Origin: Narcine bancroftii
Lineage: Eukaryota
Assembly: GCF_036971445.1 (NCBI RefSeq)
Contig: NC_091475.1
Location: 10,478,001 to 10,542,000 of the forward strand
Direction: 5' to 3'
DNA length: 64,000 nucleotides
Shown: positions 12,684 through 27,470 of the stretch, piece by piece
Layout: every line of letters starts with the position of its first letter
How positions within the stretch are numbered: the stretch's first letter is position 1
Position numbers and translations under genes: made by a program
Notes under the pieces: generated by a model
What the model was told of the DNA's origin: nothing
Databases searched by the model: none
The model's input: the letters and a program-made list of their open reading frames with translations, nothing else

Positions 12684-15600
12684 TTTTTAATATCTTATTT
12701 AAAAGTTTTAAAAACCATAATTACAATTATTAAAAATAAACATTAAAAAACCCCCAAAACATATGTGGTGTATATATCCCTTTCACTCCCTCCCCACCCC
12801 CAACAACCCCTAAATGAAAAGAAAATGTCAAAAATACAAATATTACCTCGATTCAATAACTGTGGAGCTGAGAATTACCACTGGAACGAGTTATTGAGAG
12901 CTCTCAAACTGTCAAACCAACATATTGTAAGTATGGGCTTCATATTTTTAAAAAGAATTATTTATTGTGTAAATTATGTTATATTTTCAAGTGGAATACA
13001 AGATTGTAATTCAGCATGCCATCTCTGCTTTCCTAAATTACATCTGATTTCCAAGTAATGGCTATGTATTTTCTAGAAATAGCTAAAACTAATCATAAAA
13101 ATTCAATTTGATACATAGTTAATCTTAATTTAAGACTAATCATTTTAACATTATCCAACAAAAATAAAATGGGGTCAAGCAGGTGTTTTACCTTTAATAT
13201 TTTTTCCAAGAATATTTTCACCTCTATCCAAAAAGGTTTTTACCTTGGGATGGGACATTGCCTAGTAGAATGAAAAAAATTAGCCTACTTCTTGACCACA
13301 TCTAAAACATAAATCTAATATTTTTGAGGGATTAAATATAATTGATATAAAAATATATATTGAACCAATATATACCATGCATTCATCATCTTTGGCATAC
13401 TATCTTTACATAACTGCATCCAATCATTCAATTCTATCTAAATCTATTTTCCATCTTAATCTTGATTTATGAATACTTAGGAGCTTTTCTTTGAAGTAAT
13501 TTATACATTTCTAAACTAAATTTATTCAATTATTTCAATTAATTCTGTCTAGTCTAGGTAATCTCAAATTTTGACCTAATTTATCAATCAAAAAAGCCTC
13601 AACTTGATAATAACAAAAAATAGTATTATTCTGGACTTTATATTTTACTTTAATTCATTGTAAAGTAATAAGATTACCAATTTCAAAACAGTCTTCTATT
13701 TTTAATGCCTATTTGATTCGAAATCTTCAAAAATTTATTATTGTTAGTAAAAAGGAGAAAGTCTATTTTCAAATAAAGGCACTTTCCGAGAGATTGAACC
13801 TTTTCTACCTATCTCATAATCTATTTTATTCCATAATTCAATTAAATGTTTTAAAATAGGTGCATCTTTAGTACCTATTAACAGTCTTGAATTGCATTTA
13901 TAAATAAATTCTTGCATACATTTTTCATCTATTTTACTTGATTCTACTTTAACCCAAGTTAAAGATTTCTCTAAATCAAACATTAATTCCATGAATAAGC
14001 TTTATAATAATTCTCAAAATGTAAACCTCCTAATTCAAACTTCAAAGTTAATTTTTTAAAACAAACTCTTGTCATCTTTCCATAAACAATTTCTAATAAT
14101 TGAGTTCAAATCTTACAAGAATGGAATGAAAGGTAATTAATCCATGGAAAAATATTCATTTTAATACAGATTACCAATTAAAGTTTTAGGTAAAACATTC
14201 CATCTATTTAAATCATCCTTAATTTTATTAAACAATGGTAAATAATTCAATTTATATAAATTATACAAATCTTTATCAATTTTAATCCCTAGATATTTTA
14301 TTTAATTATCTTACCATCTAAATTTAACAAGTTATTTACATTGATTATAATCCCCCATCAACCAATGGTATAATTTTACTTTTATCCCAATTAATTTTAT
14401 AACCTGATATTTGGATATATTATCTCAATCTCCTATAAATCAAAACATCATCAGCAAACAAATTAATCGTGTATTACTCAATACTAATTTTAATTCCCTT
14501 AATATTGATATCTTGTCTTATTAATTGTGCTAAAGATTCAATTGCTAAAACAAATAGAGCTGGAAATAAAGACATCCTCGACAAGATGATCTTGTCAGTG
14601 GAGAAGCTGAAGTTTGTTCATTAGTCACAACTTTAGCAGAAGTTTTTATATAAAATTTTAACCCAATTAACAAATATTGATCCAAACCCAAATTTTTCTA
14701 ATACCTTAAATAATTCCATTCTAATCTATCAAAAGCCTTTTCAGCACCTAAAGCTAGAATCAATGTCAATTCTGACTTATTTGATACGCTAATTAGTTTA
14801 GCAATGTTATCTGCAGAACGCCGCTTTTCTAAAAAAAATTGATCTGTATGAATTAAATCTGGTAAATAGTAAGTCAATCTATTTGCTAGAACTTTAGCTA
14901 TAATTTTATAATCAACATTTAATAATGATCTTGGCCTATAAGATTCAGTTTTTAATAAATATATCTTTTTTAGGTATAACAGTTATAATTGTATTTGAAA
15001 AAAGACTCCGGTGACGAATGCATTGCCATTGCCTGTTTCAACAGCTCCATAAAAGGAAGTATTATCAAATCTTTAAATTTCTCATAAAATTCTGGTGGAA
15101 AATATCCTCCCCTGGGGACTTACCACTTTGTAAAGAATTAAGGGCATTAATAATTTCTTTAATTGTCTAAGTCTGATCTTTGCAATTTAAAAAAAATATG
15201 AATTTCTAAAATAAAATCTTTAAAGGAATCATTTATTTATTGAAGTTTATAAGTAATTTTTAAAAAATTCCTTTTAATAGCATTAATAGTCCTTTAAGTT
15301 TGTTTCGCCTTTGATTGCCAAGCCAAAACCTTATGTGCTCTGCCCCCAATTCATACTTCTGTCTAGTTTTTTCAATTAATTTCTCCGTTCTTTTTACATC
15401 AAATTATAATTTCTTATTTATTAAATCTCTTTATTTCTTCAGATATATTCTGCAAATCTTTTTCAAATTTATATAATTCTTTAAGACAATACTTTTTAAT
15501 TTCAATTGAATAACATTATTTATCCTCTTAAATAAGCTTTCAAGGCATCCCATAAAACAAATTTATTATCAACCAAATTAGTGTTTATATCCAAATATTT

Positions 15601-17887
15601 CTGAATTTGTCTTACATAATTACAAAAATGAACATTTCTTAATAATAAAGAATTAAATCTCCATCTAGAAAATGATTTTTCCTTTTCAGAAATGTACTGA
15701 TTAAAAAAAACAATTAAAATCTGCACCAATTAACACATTTTCATTTGCTTCAGCAAGATGTAAAAAAAAATCTTGAATAAATTTTTCATCATCAATATTA
15801 GGTGTAGATACATTCATAAGGTTCCACATTTCAGAATAAAGTTGACAATTTACTAAAACAAATCTTCCTGCAGAATCTGTAATTACAGATTGTAACTTAA
15901 AAGTTGATTTCTTGTTAATCAAAATAACAACTCCTTTTGCCTTATAATTAAAAGAATCTATAACTTGACCTACCCACTCTCTTTTTAATTTTTGATGTTT
16001 TTCTTCCGTTAAATGTGTCACATAAAAAAGCAGCATCAACCCTCAATTTCTTAAGCCAAAAATGCTTCCCTCTTAATTGGGTTAAAGGTTGCAAAATTTA
16101 ATACATTGACAGTCATATCTCAAGTCTCAAAAATAAAGAACTCTTGCCACCCATCCCAATGGACCCCAACCCCACACAAATTTTTAAAATTGACATCTCT
16201 GAAGAAAAAGACAAAAAAAAGAACCCTTCTGGAAAAAAATACCCCAAAAAAGTACTGATCTAACAAAAAAGGTATTATTTCCCTCTGTTGTATGCCACTA
16301 AGTGGCACGCAGCTGTGGGAGGAGAAGACAAAAAGTCTGCCTACACAGACAGAATACACATAAATCCATTTATATCATTCATTCAAGTATAAAGAGCTTC
16401 ATCAAGATCGTTGTTCACTTGATCATCATTGATTTCAATCGATTCTCAATGTTCTAACATCTGACATTTATCTTGCATCTTTTCTCGATTCAGTTTCACC
16501 TTTTGAACAGGTTGGCTTTGAGTTGGATCTTGTTTAATATTAGGCAAAGAATTAGCAAATTCCAAAACTTCATCTTCATCAGCGAAAAATTATGACTGAT
16601 TCTCTCCAGAATAAACTATGGCTGGGTATTGAAAAGAGAATTTGTATCCTTTTTTCCTCCCCCCACAGAACTGATTTAGCAGGATTAAATTCTTATTTTA
16701 ACAATACATACTCAAATCTGCATCAAAGAATACTTTGTTGTTTCTGACGATTGAAGTGTCTTGTTGTTTTCTGGCATTTTGGCATAACCGTCTAATCAGA
16801 AGAGAGCTTGTCCTGCAAATGTTTTTTTGTCTATTAGTTCTGAGTGCTCTATCTAATTCCAATCCATTCAGAAAATTTTCAGGGCCCATAATCTCCAGAA
16901 TCCATTTTTGAAAAAATTGTACTGAATTAGGACCTTCAAAATCTTCAGGCAGTCCAACAATTTTAATATTATTTCTGCAGCTATGATTCTCTAACACATC
17001 AATTTTTGTAAAAGTTATTTCCTTTGAACTTCCCAAGCCATAAAATAATCTTCCATTTTATTCTCTGCATCTTTACAAGAAATAATCTTGTATTTCTTCT
17101 TCAATTTTCTGGACTTTAACCTTATTGACAGTTTCAACATAATTTGCCATTTCTTATTTAATAAAATTAATTTCACTTTTAAGATATTTAAATTTTGTAC
17201 ATATCTACTTAAATCATTTTATCCATTCCATTCATAATTAAAGAAGTCCAAACTGAAGAATCTGTACCTTGAAGTTTAACTTCAGAATATTCAAACTTTT
17301 GTTTCTCCTAAACCTTGAATAAACTGGGGCTCTTCTCCATATGTTTCTACTCCCTCCAGTTCTTCATAACATTTCTACTATTTCTCTTCCTTCTTCCTCT
17401 TCACTTAATGATGAAATTAATGATGTCTGTTTATGAGCCAATTGCCTAGCCCTGGCCTGGCTGGCTCAGTCGTTCCCTGTAATGATATCAATTCAGTTGT
17501 GCGCATGCGCAAACACACATGCACAATTGCTCTTGCAATGGTTGTAGTTCGATCTTCTGAACTCCAGTGCCATCTTCACTGGCTCCCCGTTAGGCAGTGC
17601 TGGAGTAACATTAATTTCAGCCGTTGAAGCATGGGTCAACCTCGGAGGGAGAGGAGGAAAATCCGGAGGCACTGTTAACAAGGTAGGCCCAGTTTCTTCA
17701 ATCATACTAACCTCTTTAATAGTTGTTTTCTTTGATGTTTGAGTCTTTGGTTTCCTTGTAGCCATTGTATTTCAGTTCAGATATTGTAATTCTTCTTTAA
17801 AAAGTTTTTTCAATTCAAATTTTAATTAATTCTGCTGGTAGAGGCGTATTTCCACATCTCCAAACTACGCCCACAGGCCGTGCCCCC
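12684..17887 (-). mobile_element. Near full-length degenerate L1-clade LINE (about 5.2 kb)
   Basis: ORF1 (MATRKPK..., DVLENHSCRNNIKIVGLPEDFEG), endonuclease (THLTEEKHQKLKREWVGQ, LIGADFN, LWDALKAYLRG), RT remnants and an A-rich tail. Imperfect TSD ttgtaga(ga)gtgtt at about 12672 and 17890. Confidence 0.88.
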
Positions 17888-18172
17888 AATTGTAGAGAGT
17901 GTTAGTCAGACCCAATTTGGATAGTCATACATGGATATTACAATGAAGAGATTTATTGGGCCTGGACAGACTACTATATAGATGTATCGGCTTAGAAATT
18001 GTTTCAAGGATCATAGAATTAAGGTGAAAACAACCTGTATTTTCTCACGAGTTTAATGCCAATTTAATTATTTTGCATTAAATACTGACAAAATTTTATA
18101 GGGTAGGGAAAAAACCTTTCCTCTGTCAACAATGAAGGTCAACTACTCATTAGTCTAAATTATGAAACATTG

Positions 18173-18843
18173 TTTATTACACAGTAAAACCCCTGGTATT
18201 CAGCATCTATGGGGATTGGTAGATGCCGGATAAGTGTATTTGCTGGTGGCTTGAGACGTGCTCTTACAATGCCTAATACACCTGCATTAAGAATAAACAG
18301 TACAAAAATACTACACTCTACTTGCATGAATACATAAACCTTAAAGCATTTTACTTTATTTTCAGTCACATTCATTTAAAACATTTAATCTGCGGGTTCC
18401 TCCCCCTCCATGAAGCCACCCAAAAGATGAACGATTACATTGTAGATAATTAACACCCCCCCCCCCCCCCCCCCCCCACCTACGTTCATAGATAAAGCCT
18501 CTGTCCAGGGTGACTCTAAGCAGGGATAAGGAGACATTTTCAGAGTGACCCCAACAGCAAGTGGCATCAACCAGTTCTTCACCCTGGGTGATACCATTGC
18601 TGTTTCACACAACTTTATTGAAACTCCCGCGTCCAATACATTCCACTGGCTGAATATTTGCTCCCAGCTTCACCAAAGATATGTGTAACTTCGGAGAATA
18701 TTTACTTTTACAATTTGAAACCTATGTTGTTTTTCTAAACCCATTTATTTTATTCTTGTTTATTTTAAATTTTCCTTGATTTCTTTTTTTTTATTTGTTG
18801 GTTGCTTGAATTCCAGACACCAAGGGTTTTACTGTGTAATAAA
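18173..18843. mobile_element. Tigger-like MITE
   Basis: Perfect 20-bp terminal inverted repeat tttattacacagtaaaaccc / gggttttactgtgtaataaa, with CAGTA-type ends. Confidence 0.65.
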
Positions 18844-18900
18844 TCTAAAATTCTCTCCACAATAACTTTCTCCAGTGTTGCAAAAATTACTTCTACAAGT

Positions 18901-18949
18901 TTTATTAACAGAAAACTCCACCACAAGAAAATATAGCACAAGGTTTATT
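18901..18949 (-). terminator. Candidate TMEM50B polyadenylation signals
   Basis: AATAAA on the - strand (tttatt at 18901-18906 and 18944-18949), about 650-700 nt past the stop and just before the repeat-rich interval begins. Confidence 0.45.
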
Positions 18950-19592
18950 TCATAAATATTCTCATGAGGAAATAAAAAGTAATGGTTTTATTTAATAGTG
19001 GCAATTTTTCTTCAGGCATCTAAAAAAGTTGAAGCAAACATTTTGATCTTTAAAACGACAATAGTCATTCATTTTTACAAATATCTTACCTAAATCTGAA
19101 GTTTACAATGCTTAAGGATGGAGCTATTTAAAAAAAATGCTATACAATGATATCAAGCATACAGTCCATGTAGTCTTCAATTAACTCTGACAGGCCATAT
19201 CACAGTTATCAGACCTAACAGTGCATCATTCTCTGTTAATGGCCCATTATGATTATTCAGAGTGCAGTTATCAAAAATTAAAATTTATCCCCAGATAATG
19301 GCACCATCTGGGCTGTGCTGTAACATCTCTGCATTATACAATTCATTCCACTGATTAAAATGGAATGAATTCTGAAGGCAGACGACAATATGTTTAGTCC
19401 AGCAATGGGGAATTAATTTCCGAGAACAGATATTAATAAAATAGCATTTTTAAAGAATTTCTCTAGAATGTGGATTATAATCAACAAAATGACTTAAATT
19501 ACTATTTGGCCAAAAGTACAAAGCAACATGTTTGTGTAGATTTCAAGTGCAGAATATCCTGAGACAATCTCAGTGCTGAAATGGGCCAACTT

Positions 19593-19638
19593 TTATGCCC
19601 AAAGTTCCTCCGTTCTCCCAAATTTGTAGATCAAGCTG
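19593..19638 (-). CDS. TMEM50B: TMEM50B coding exon 6 (SSLIYKFGRTEELWA*)
   Basis: tctgttttgcag acceptor; TAA at 19595-19593. Exons sum to 99+113+68+93+58+46 = 477 nt, i.e. 158 aa + stop. Confidence 0.95.
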
Positions 19639-20219
19639 CTGCAAAACAGAACAAGAGAAGGCAAAATGCTCAACAAGTTCCTACATTCATAGTTTTAGTG
19701 TTTAAAAAAAGTTTATTCACATTAACAAAAAGTCCAAATATCAATACTGCAGCAAACCATTAAAATATTCGGCAGAATAATAATAAAGCCACATAAAGAT
19801 GTGGATTAGTTCTCCATTTTCCATGCCAGTTGAATCAGATGGCACTGTTAATCTCTGTGAAAAGCTGCCTACATCTCAGAAGGACCCAATTTGCTGTGAA
19901 ATGTGTTTTCTTATCTGGAAGGAATGAAAAACGTAAAATGCAAGTTTGGCCACTTGGAGGAAAAAATTGTATGGAAACAGAGGCAAAGTGAGGGGGAAAT
20001 GTTCATAAAATCAGAGTTATACAGATATATACCCGTTAGCCCAACTCCTCATGCTGACCTGAGCTAATGCCACTTGTTTGTGTTTAGCCCATCTCTCTCC
20101 AAACCTTCAATGAGTTGTCCAAATACCTTTTAAATGTTGTAATTGTATCTGCCTCTACCACGACTATAGCAGTTTATCTCTAGATAACCACCTTTTCAAA
20201 TATTTCCCCTAGCCTCTTA

Positions 20220-21237
20220 AACCCCTTTCACACTTGCAAGTGGTCCCAGAAATTAACGGCCAATCGGCCTTTAAAGGGTCTAGTGCAAAAGGAAAATGGT
20301 CTCAACACTAGCTCAGATGACGCCATCTCACACCAGGGATTGACTGCCTCGACCCCTAGTAGAATCCCCAGCGTCTGCAGAATCCGGCGTTGCAATCAGG
20401 CAAGTGTAGAATGGGCAATTGCATTACGGGATTGAAATGACCCAGTTTTTGTGTGAATGCAGGAATGTGAAGGAAGAAAAGATTAAAATGAAGGTACAAA
20501 CTTTGCTGTGGGAAAGTCAAGGGCAGTGGGGAGAGAGAGGGGGGAAATAAATAGCAATAGCAGACCATTTTTAAAAGCGTGGGAAAGTTGGTAGTGTTAC
20601 AGTACCCAATTTATAAAGACCGTGGGGGAAAAAAAAATTGATGGCGGACCTCACTCACTTCTCAGAATGCTGTGTGGCAGAGAAACCCTTCCGTGAATGG
20701 TCTGTGCACACAGCCCTTTCTCTATCTCATGGCATTCTGGGAGGGCAGGTCTGCCATGGTATTTCTACATTGTGTGCTAATGCGCTACCAACTTTCCCTC
20801 GTTGTTTAAATTGTGTGTGAAAGCGCTACCAACTTTCCCACAGTTTAAAAATTGTCCGCTATTGCTATTTATTGCTAGCACTTTCCTAAGGTCCCTTATA
20901 AAGGTTTACATAGGTCAGTACATCAACAACAGGGACTGAAGGGCTCATACTGTGCTGTACATAAAGCTTAACTATGTTATAATTAGGCATGATTCATTTT
21001 GTTTGAATATAAGATCATAATACACTGGTCAGGATTTAGGGCAGGTCCACCATTGCTCGCTGCGTCATGACATCACCGGTAGAAGGTAGAAGACTGCTAA
21101 CCCTGGGGATGGCTCCTGGTGAGTACGAAAGTGTCCAGTGTCCCAGTTAGGAGTGTTCAAGTGTGAAATGCCAAACCCCCATTCCTATCCCAGGAGACTG
21201 AATGGCCGATTTAGTGGAATGCAAGTGTGAAAGTACC
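20220..21237. mobile_element. PIF/Harbinger-like MITE with an internal inverted repeat
   Basis: TIR ctttcacacttgca / tgcaagtgtgaaag. Internal inverted arms at about 20546-20593 and 20824-20873. Confidence 0.55.
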
Positions 21238-21417
21238 TTTAGATTTGCCTACCCTAGGAAAAAGGATTGACCATCCACCTTCAAGCCCTTCATTATTTTA
21301 TAAACCTTTATGTCACTCTTTTTGTCTTCCTTTGCTTGAAAGCCAATAATAGGAACACACAAACCTTTTGAAGAGTCATGCAGTAAGTGCATTTTCTAAA
21401 TGAAATAATTTGCTTAC

Positions 21418-21475
21418 CTAAAAAATATTAGTGCATTCTGGAAGAACACAGCCAAGCCTGGGTACACATTAGCCT
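21418..21475 (-). CDS. TMEM50B: TMEM50B coding exon 5 (KANVYPGLAVFFQNALIFF)
   Basis: ttattttttgaag acceptor and AG|gtaagc donor; 58 nt. Confidence 0.94.
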
Positions 21476-22569
21476 CTTCAAAAAATAAAAACAGGAATAT
21501 TAACAACAAAAAATTAGGATATTTTAGCTTAAATGACAAAGTTAGATGGCCCAGACATCTAATTTTAAAATATTGTACTGCTTCAGTCAGGAATTATTGC
21601 TGGTTATGGATGTTTCATACAACAAAATAGGAACTTAACCACAAAAACAAATAAATAAAAATTATTTCTATTTCATTTGACCACCTAAGAGCTCAAGATC
21701 TGTTAATATAGTCAAACTCTTATCAAGCTATGTTATGTACTTCTATATAAAAAGATTTTACTTTTCTATAAATCTTTAGATAATTGAAGTGAATCATTTC
21801 AATTCAATTATCCAAAGTGTAAAATTCAAAGATAATGAAAATGATCAAACAGGATGACTTGGGAGTGAGAAAACATTAATCTTGTCATACCTTTTTTTTT
21901 TAAAAAAAGTACATTCCAGAGACAATATGGCCAACTATAACATAGGACATTCTTCTAGAAATAAGAGGATACCAGGCATCCATACAAATGAGAACTAATC
22001 TTTTTAAAACAAAGTTTTCCAAATATAAACCTCAAGCAATAATTAGTTTCCAAAAAAAAATCAGATTGGTAAATAAACAGAATTGTCTGCAGAACACAAG
22101 CTACTGGCCCCCACGCAGAAAGCTGTTCAAGAGATGTGGCTTGAAGTCCTATATGCCCTTGATAATTTTGTTCATCAGCCATACACAAGACAATGGAGGT
22201 AATGTTAACTAACCTGCATCAAACCAGGCATCACAGACCTCCAGCTAAATGATTTCCACCATTGTATCAGAGATCAAGGAAGGTTCTAGACCAGACTTGT
22301 TTTGTCACTTAGTAAAACAAAGATGGTCATAGGCATACTTGTTCTGTCCATCAATAATTGGGAATATATGTATACCCAGAAAGTCAGTCCTCACAACACT
22401 AAGTGTTGGTGTCTATGCTCTGCCCTCGGATGCTTTTAGTCCATAGAAATTATTTTCTCCTAAAGGTGTTTTAATATTCAGACATGTCCTGTCATTTACA
22501 CATTGTTCCCATTGTAAATATGCATTTAAATGGAACTATTTGTTGGCCTAATAACATTTAAAAAGTTAT

Positions 22570-23425
22570 TGTAGATAAAAAACAAGTGTGGAGTGGGACA
22601 GGTTGTTTTCAGGGACAGGTGCGCTTGGTAAGTAGGAGGCTTTCTAAGGTGAAATTGAGAGGACAGAGCTTGTATACTCCTGTCAGAATTAAAGGCAAAA
22701 CTAACAGGTATAGAGAACCTTGGTTTTCAAGAGATTTTGAGGCCTTTGCAGTAAAGAACAAATAAGGTATTTGAGAGTAAGAAATTCAAGAAAATACTTG
22801 AATATCATGTTTGCTATGGCAGACCAAGGGCTGCTCCAGATATATCTCAAGCAAAAGGATAGCAAGGGACAAAATTGGTCCTCTTGAAGATCAGAGTCGT
22901 TGTCTATGCATGGAGCCAAAAGAGATGGAGGAGATCCTCAAAGGTTTTTTTTTGCATCTGTATTTACTTGGGGGAACAAAGCGAGGCAAAAAAGCAGTGA
23001 AGTCATGAATCCTATAAAGATTTATAGAGAAGGAGATGCTTACAGTCCTGAGGCAAATGAAGGTGGATAAATCCCCAGGGCTTGAAAAAGATATTCCCTT
23101 GCACCTTGAGGCTAGTGGAGAAATTGCAGGAGTCCTAGCAGAGGGTGAGGTGCCAAAGGATTGGAGGTTATCTAATGTTTCTCCATTGTTTAATAAAGGC
23201 TCAAAGAATAATAAAGAGGAAATTATCGGCCAATAAGTCTGACAACAGTAGTGGGCAAGTTATTGGAAGATATTCCAAGACATCAGATTGAGAAGGACCA
23301 ATAACAGATATGTGTGTGGCAGGTCATGTCAAAGCACACAAAGAGAGTTCTGAGAGAAGGTTACCAGCAAAGCTAATGAAAGAAAGGAAATTAATGTTGA
23401 CAAGGCCCACATAGGAGGTTGGTCA
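22570..23425 (+). mobile_element. CR1 LINE ORF2 fragment
   Basis: KIGPLEDQSRCLCMEP, KVDKSPG and VPKDWRLSNVSPLFNKG. Confidence 0.75.
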
Positions 23426-23604
23426 CCCAGATTTAAACTAAATACTATTTCAACCTGTCACAGACAGACAAATAATTGTATGGCATAACAACAACAATTT
23501 TTACTTAAAGCAGCCATTCTCAACAGGGGTTTAAAGCCCCCCCCCCCCCCCCCCCCGAGGGACACAGCACATTTAAGTAAAAGCCTGGTTTTCTTTTTAC
23601 CTCA

Positions 23605-24039
<435 letters not shown>

Positions 24040-26403
24040 TTAATAATGGAGATATGTGGGGGTGGGGTTGCATTTTGGGCAGTGTAACATGGATAGGGCC
24101 TGCAGAACAGAGTGATCAGGGAGTACAGGTACATACTACCTTTAAAATGGCAACAACTCGATATGGTGGTCTAAAAGGCTTTCAGCTCATTGACTTTCAT
24201 CTGTCAAGAGTATTTGAGTGCAGAAGGAGGTCATGTTGCATTGGGAATGCTCCATTTGGAGTATTGTGTCTAGTTTTGGTCACTTGTTTTGTCTCTTCTA
24301 TCATTTCGGAAACCTGCCTCCCTTCTACCCTTAACCTTGAACATGCACGATACAGTTCTTAGCTAAACTGTTCCTCAGGGCTAGGTTGCTGAATTAGCTA
24401 AGACTTCCTTTTACTCGAACCTAAACCTCCTCTATCTGTAGCACTCACTTCTGAATGGCTCTTTCTCCCACCTCCCAGCCTCTGGAGAGCTTTGCCTTTC
24501 TATTCCTATATTGACCACCTTATGTCTTTCTTGTTAGTAAAGGTTGTAGATTTGGGAGGAGCTGTTGGAGTATCCTGGATGTGTCACAACAGAGTGCTTT
24601 ACAGGTGGTCCACACTGTAGCCACTGGGCATTGGTGGCAGAAAAATGAACATTTAAACCTCTCTGTAGACTGCCAATCAAAAAGAATATCCTGCTTGAGA
24701 GGTATCGGTGCTGCATTTAACAAGGCAAGTGTAGAACATTGCCTCACCCTCTTAGATGGAGTAAAAAGCATCGAAGGGTCAGAAATTACCCAGTTTCTAA
24801 CCTATTCTTGTGTGTATCATATTTATGTGTCTGGCCCAGGCAAGTTTCTAGTTCGTTGGAACCTGAGGCTATTGATATTGGTGATGACAATTGCAATGAA
24901 CATCAAGGGAAGGCAGTCAGAGTCCTTCTCTTAGAGATTGTTTGTCTGGCACTTTTGCAGCAAGGACATTGCTTGTGATTTATCAACTCCTACTGGAACC
25001 CCTGGGGTCCAGATCACACTGCCTGCATGTTTGCTGAGGGGTTGCAAGAGGAATTGAACATCTGTGCAATCATCACTTCTCAACTTGGCTGCAAGAAAGA
25101 TGATTGAGGCGAGGACAGAGTCTTGAGAATTCTTTCCTGACTTGATAAAAGATGGTTATATTTATAACTTAATGACAGAACTGTGACAGATTTGCAATTA
25201 AATATTGGTAGCAATATGAAAAGTACAAGGAGGCAGTTTTCCTGCCACCTTAATGTAGGCCAAAAGTAATTCCACAGCTCCTGGAATGCATTCTTATTCC
25301 TCCTCTAGCGATTAAATAAAACAAAACGTATAGCATCTGGGTAAATAGGTACCTTGGTATGATGACTAGACACAGTCTGAAATGCCAACTAGTTTGTATA
25401 TTTTAGCATGCAATAAATCATCTTTCATGAGAGTTAATGTTTGCTTAAGCACCTACTAGTTTAACATTCCATGTAGCTTTTTCATGGAAACAGTGATGCA
25501 AACACTCGAGATTAAAGTTCAATCAACAAACATCTTGCTAAAATTCATGGGAGAGAGATAGCGACCTCCAAAAAAAAACAATTTAAGACTAGCTGCAACA
25601 TGGATAGCAAAAAATAGTCTTTGAAAGATCGAGATTGAAGCTGAATGGAGGTTGTCTGTATGTAACTATTGAGGGAAGTGTCTATTTCCTGGGACTTACC
25701 TTGATTTGACAGTAGTTCCTTTAAATTTCTGGAAGATCTTGATATTCAGTAAATATATAATGGCACAGTTTCAACAAATTAATAAAAGTTTTAACAATAC
25801 TTATTTTGCAATTTAGGGAAAATTATCGTTGTATATGGTTGTTGGCTCAATTGCACAATAAAACCAGTGATTTAAATATAAAGTTTTTTTGTGTCTGAGT
25901 GACTATTACTACAGCATGCTGGTCAACACGTTTACTTTCATGAGAAGCCATTTCAGGTCTGATAAGAATATACATTCTAGTCAACATTTAAGGAGACTGG
26001 TCGAAATCTGTGTCTCTTCTTTTTCCAATGCTGACAGATTTGAAGTTTTAAATTTAAAAAAAACCAATGAAAATGCATATTCCCAGAATCCTTACCTGAT
26101 GGTATTCTGGTTTAACTTGTGAACATACATTAAAATGGTAATGAACTGACATCAACACTCTTTTTTGCATTCCTATTGCAACTCAACACCATGATATGTG
26201 TGCAAGCACCTTCAAGTTCTGTATAGGAACAGCTTTAAACTTTCAAGAGCGGTGCAAACAGATTTGATAAGAGATGTACACTTTACTCGTCGTCAATGCA
26301 TCACAGTTCATTTAGGGAACTCACGTGATTACCAATTCTAAACGCGTATCCTACTATTGGACTTCGGTTTTATTCTGCGGCATCTGCTCAAGAAAACCAG
26401 ATA

Positions 26404-26956
26404 CAGTACAATTCCAATTATTCAAAATTGGATTCTCTGAAATACTCATTTATCTGAAAATCTTTTACATTTCGGATAAATGAGGATATCTGAAACAAAT
26501 CAGGAGCTGAACTGACCTCACAGGTTGAAAAAATTTCACTTGACATGAAATTAGAACGATGATTGTCCTTGTTTCAGGTAACTCCCTCCCTCCCTCCCTC
26601 TCTCTTTCCATCTATACTTTACCTTCCCCTATTGACTTTTCTCTCCAACTCTCCCTCTCAAACTGCGAGCCTCTGTCTCGAAAGAACCCCTTGTCCCAGC
26701 GTCATCAAGGAGAGCGGCCTTCCGGGCAGGAGCGGGGACCTTGGTAGGGAGGTGTCAGTGATCAGCAGCTGCCAACATTATTTTTGGGAAGAATTAAACA
26801 TTATTTTAATGCTTAAAATGTTGTTTGTGGTTGTTTAAACACCGTTACAAGTGATTGCTGCTGGGCTGTTTTTAAAAAATGACCAGATCTCTGAAAAAAA
26901 CTGTTTATCCGACATTAGCCTGGTCCCGACCATTTTGGGTATTTGGAGTTTTATTG
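26404..26956. mobile_element. Tigger-like MITE
   Basis: TA-flanked imperfect TIR cagtacaattcca / tggagttttattg. Confidence 0.5.
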
Positions 26957-27248
26957 TACTTTTGACAATTCAAAATAGTAGTGTTCGAACATCTGTATTT
27001 GGGATAAAAATATACCACATGCAGATATGTTTCCCTGCCTACATTTTCCCCTTTTAGGATCTCTGTACTCTTTTCATTTCTCCTTCCACCCAGCAATGCA
27101 GTGGTTTCATTTTTCCTCCTTCCAAGCTTTGGCCATGACAGATTTAAGTAGTTTGGAAAAAATCCCATCATTCTCTCACTCACCAATCAACTGAGAGAAA
27201 AGTTCTCTTTGAGAACTTTAGTTAACCTGGAAAGATGGTAGAAGACTA

Positions 27249-27470
27249 TGGGCGGCACAGCTAGTGTAGAGGTTAGGGGAACGCTATTTTCAACACCGGG
27301 GTTCGAATCCCACCTTGTCTGTGAGGAGTTTGTACATTATCCCCGTGTCTGCGTGGATTTCGTCCGGCCGTTCAAAACGTACCAGGGGCTGTAGGTCAAT
27401 TGCGAGGCACGGGCTTGTGGGCTGGAAGGGCCTGTTACTGTTCTGAATGTCTCAATTTAGAACATTTAAG
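27249..27470 (+). mobile_element. tRNA-derived SINE
   Basis: gggcggcacag...ggttcgaatcc (pol III B-box) followed by a gtgaggagtttgtac core. Related copies at about 47135-47390 (+), 59140-59400 (-) and 30350-30575 (-). Confidence 0.7.

Noticed and set aside
18455-18477. Long C/G homopolymers (also at about 23537, 50653 and 53174)
   Set aside because: Common in this window's repeats and of unreliable length in assemblies; no functional evidence.
27249-27320. tRNA gene
   Set aside because: A B-box is present but there is no complete cloverleaf, and it continues into a SINE body found several times in the window.
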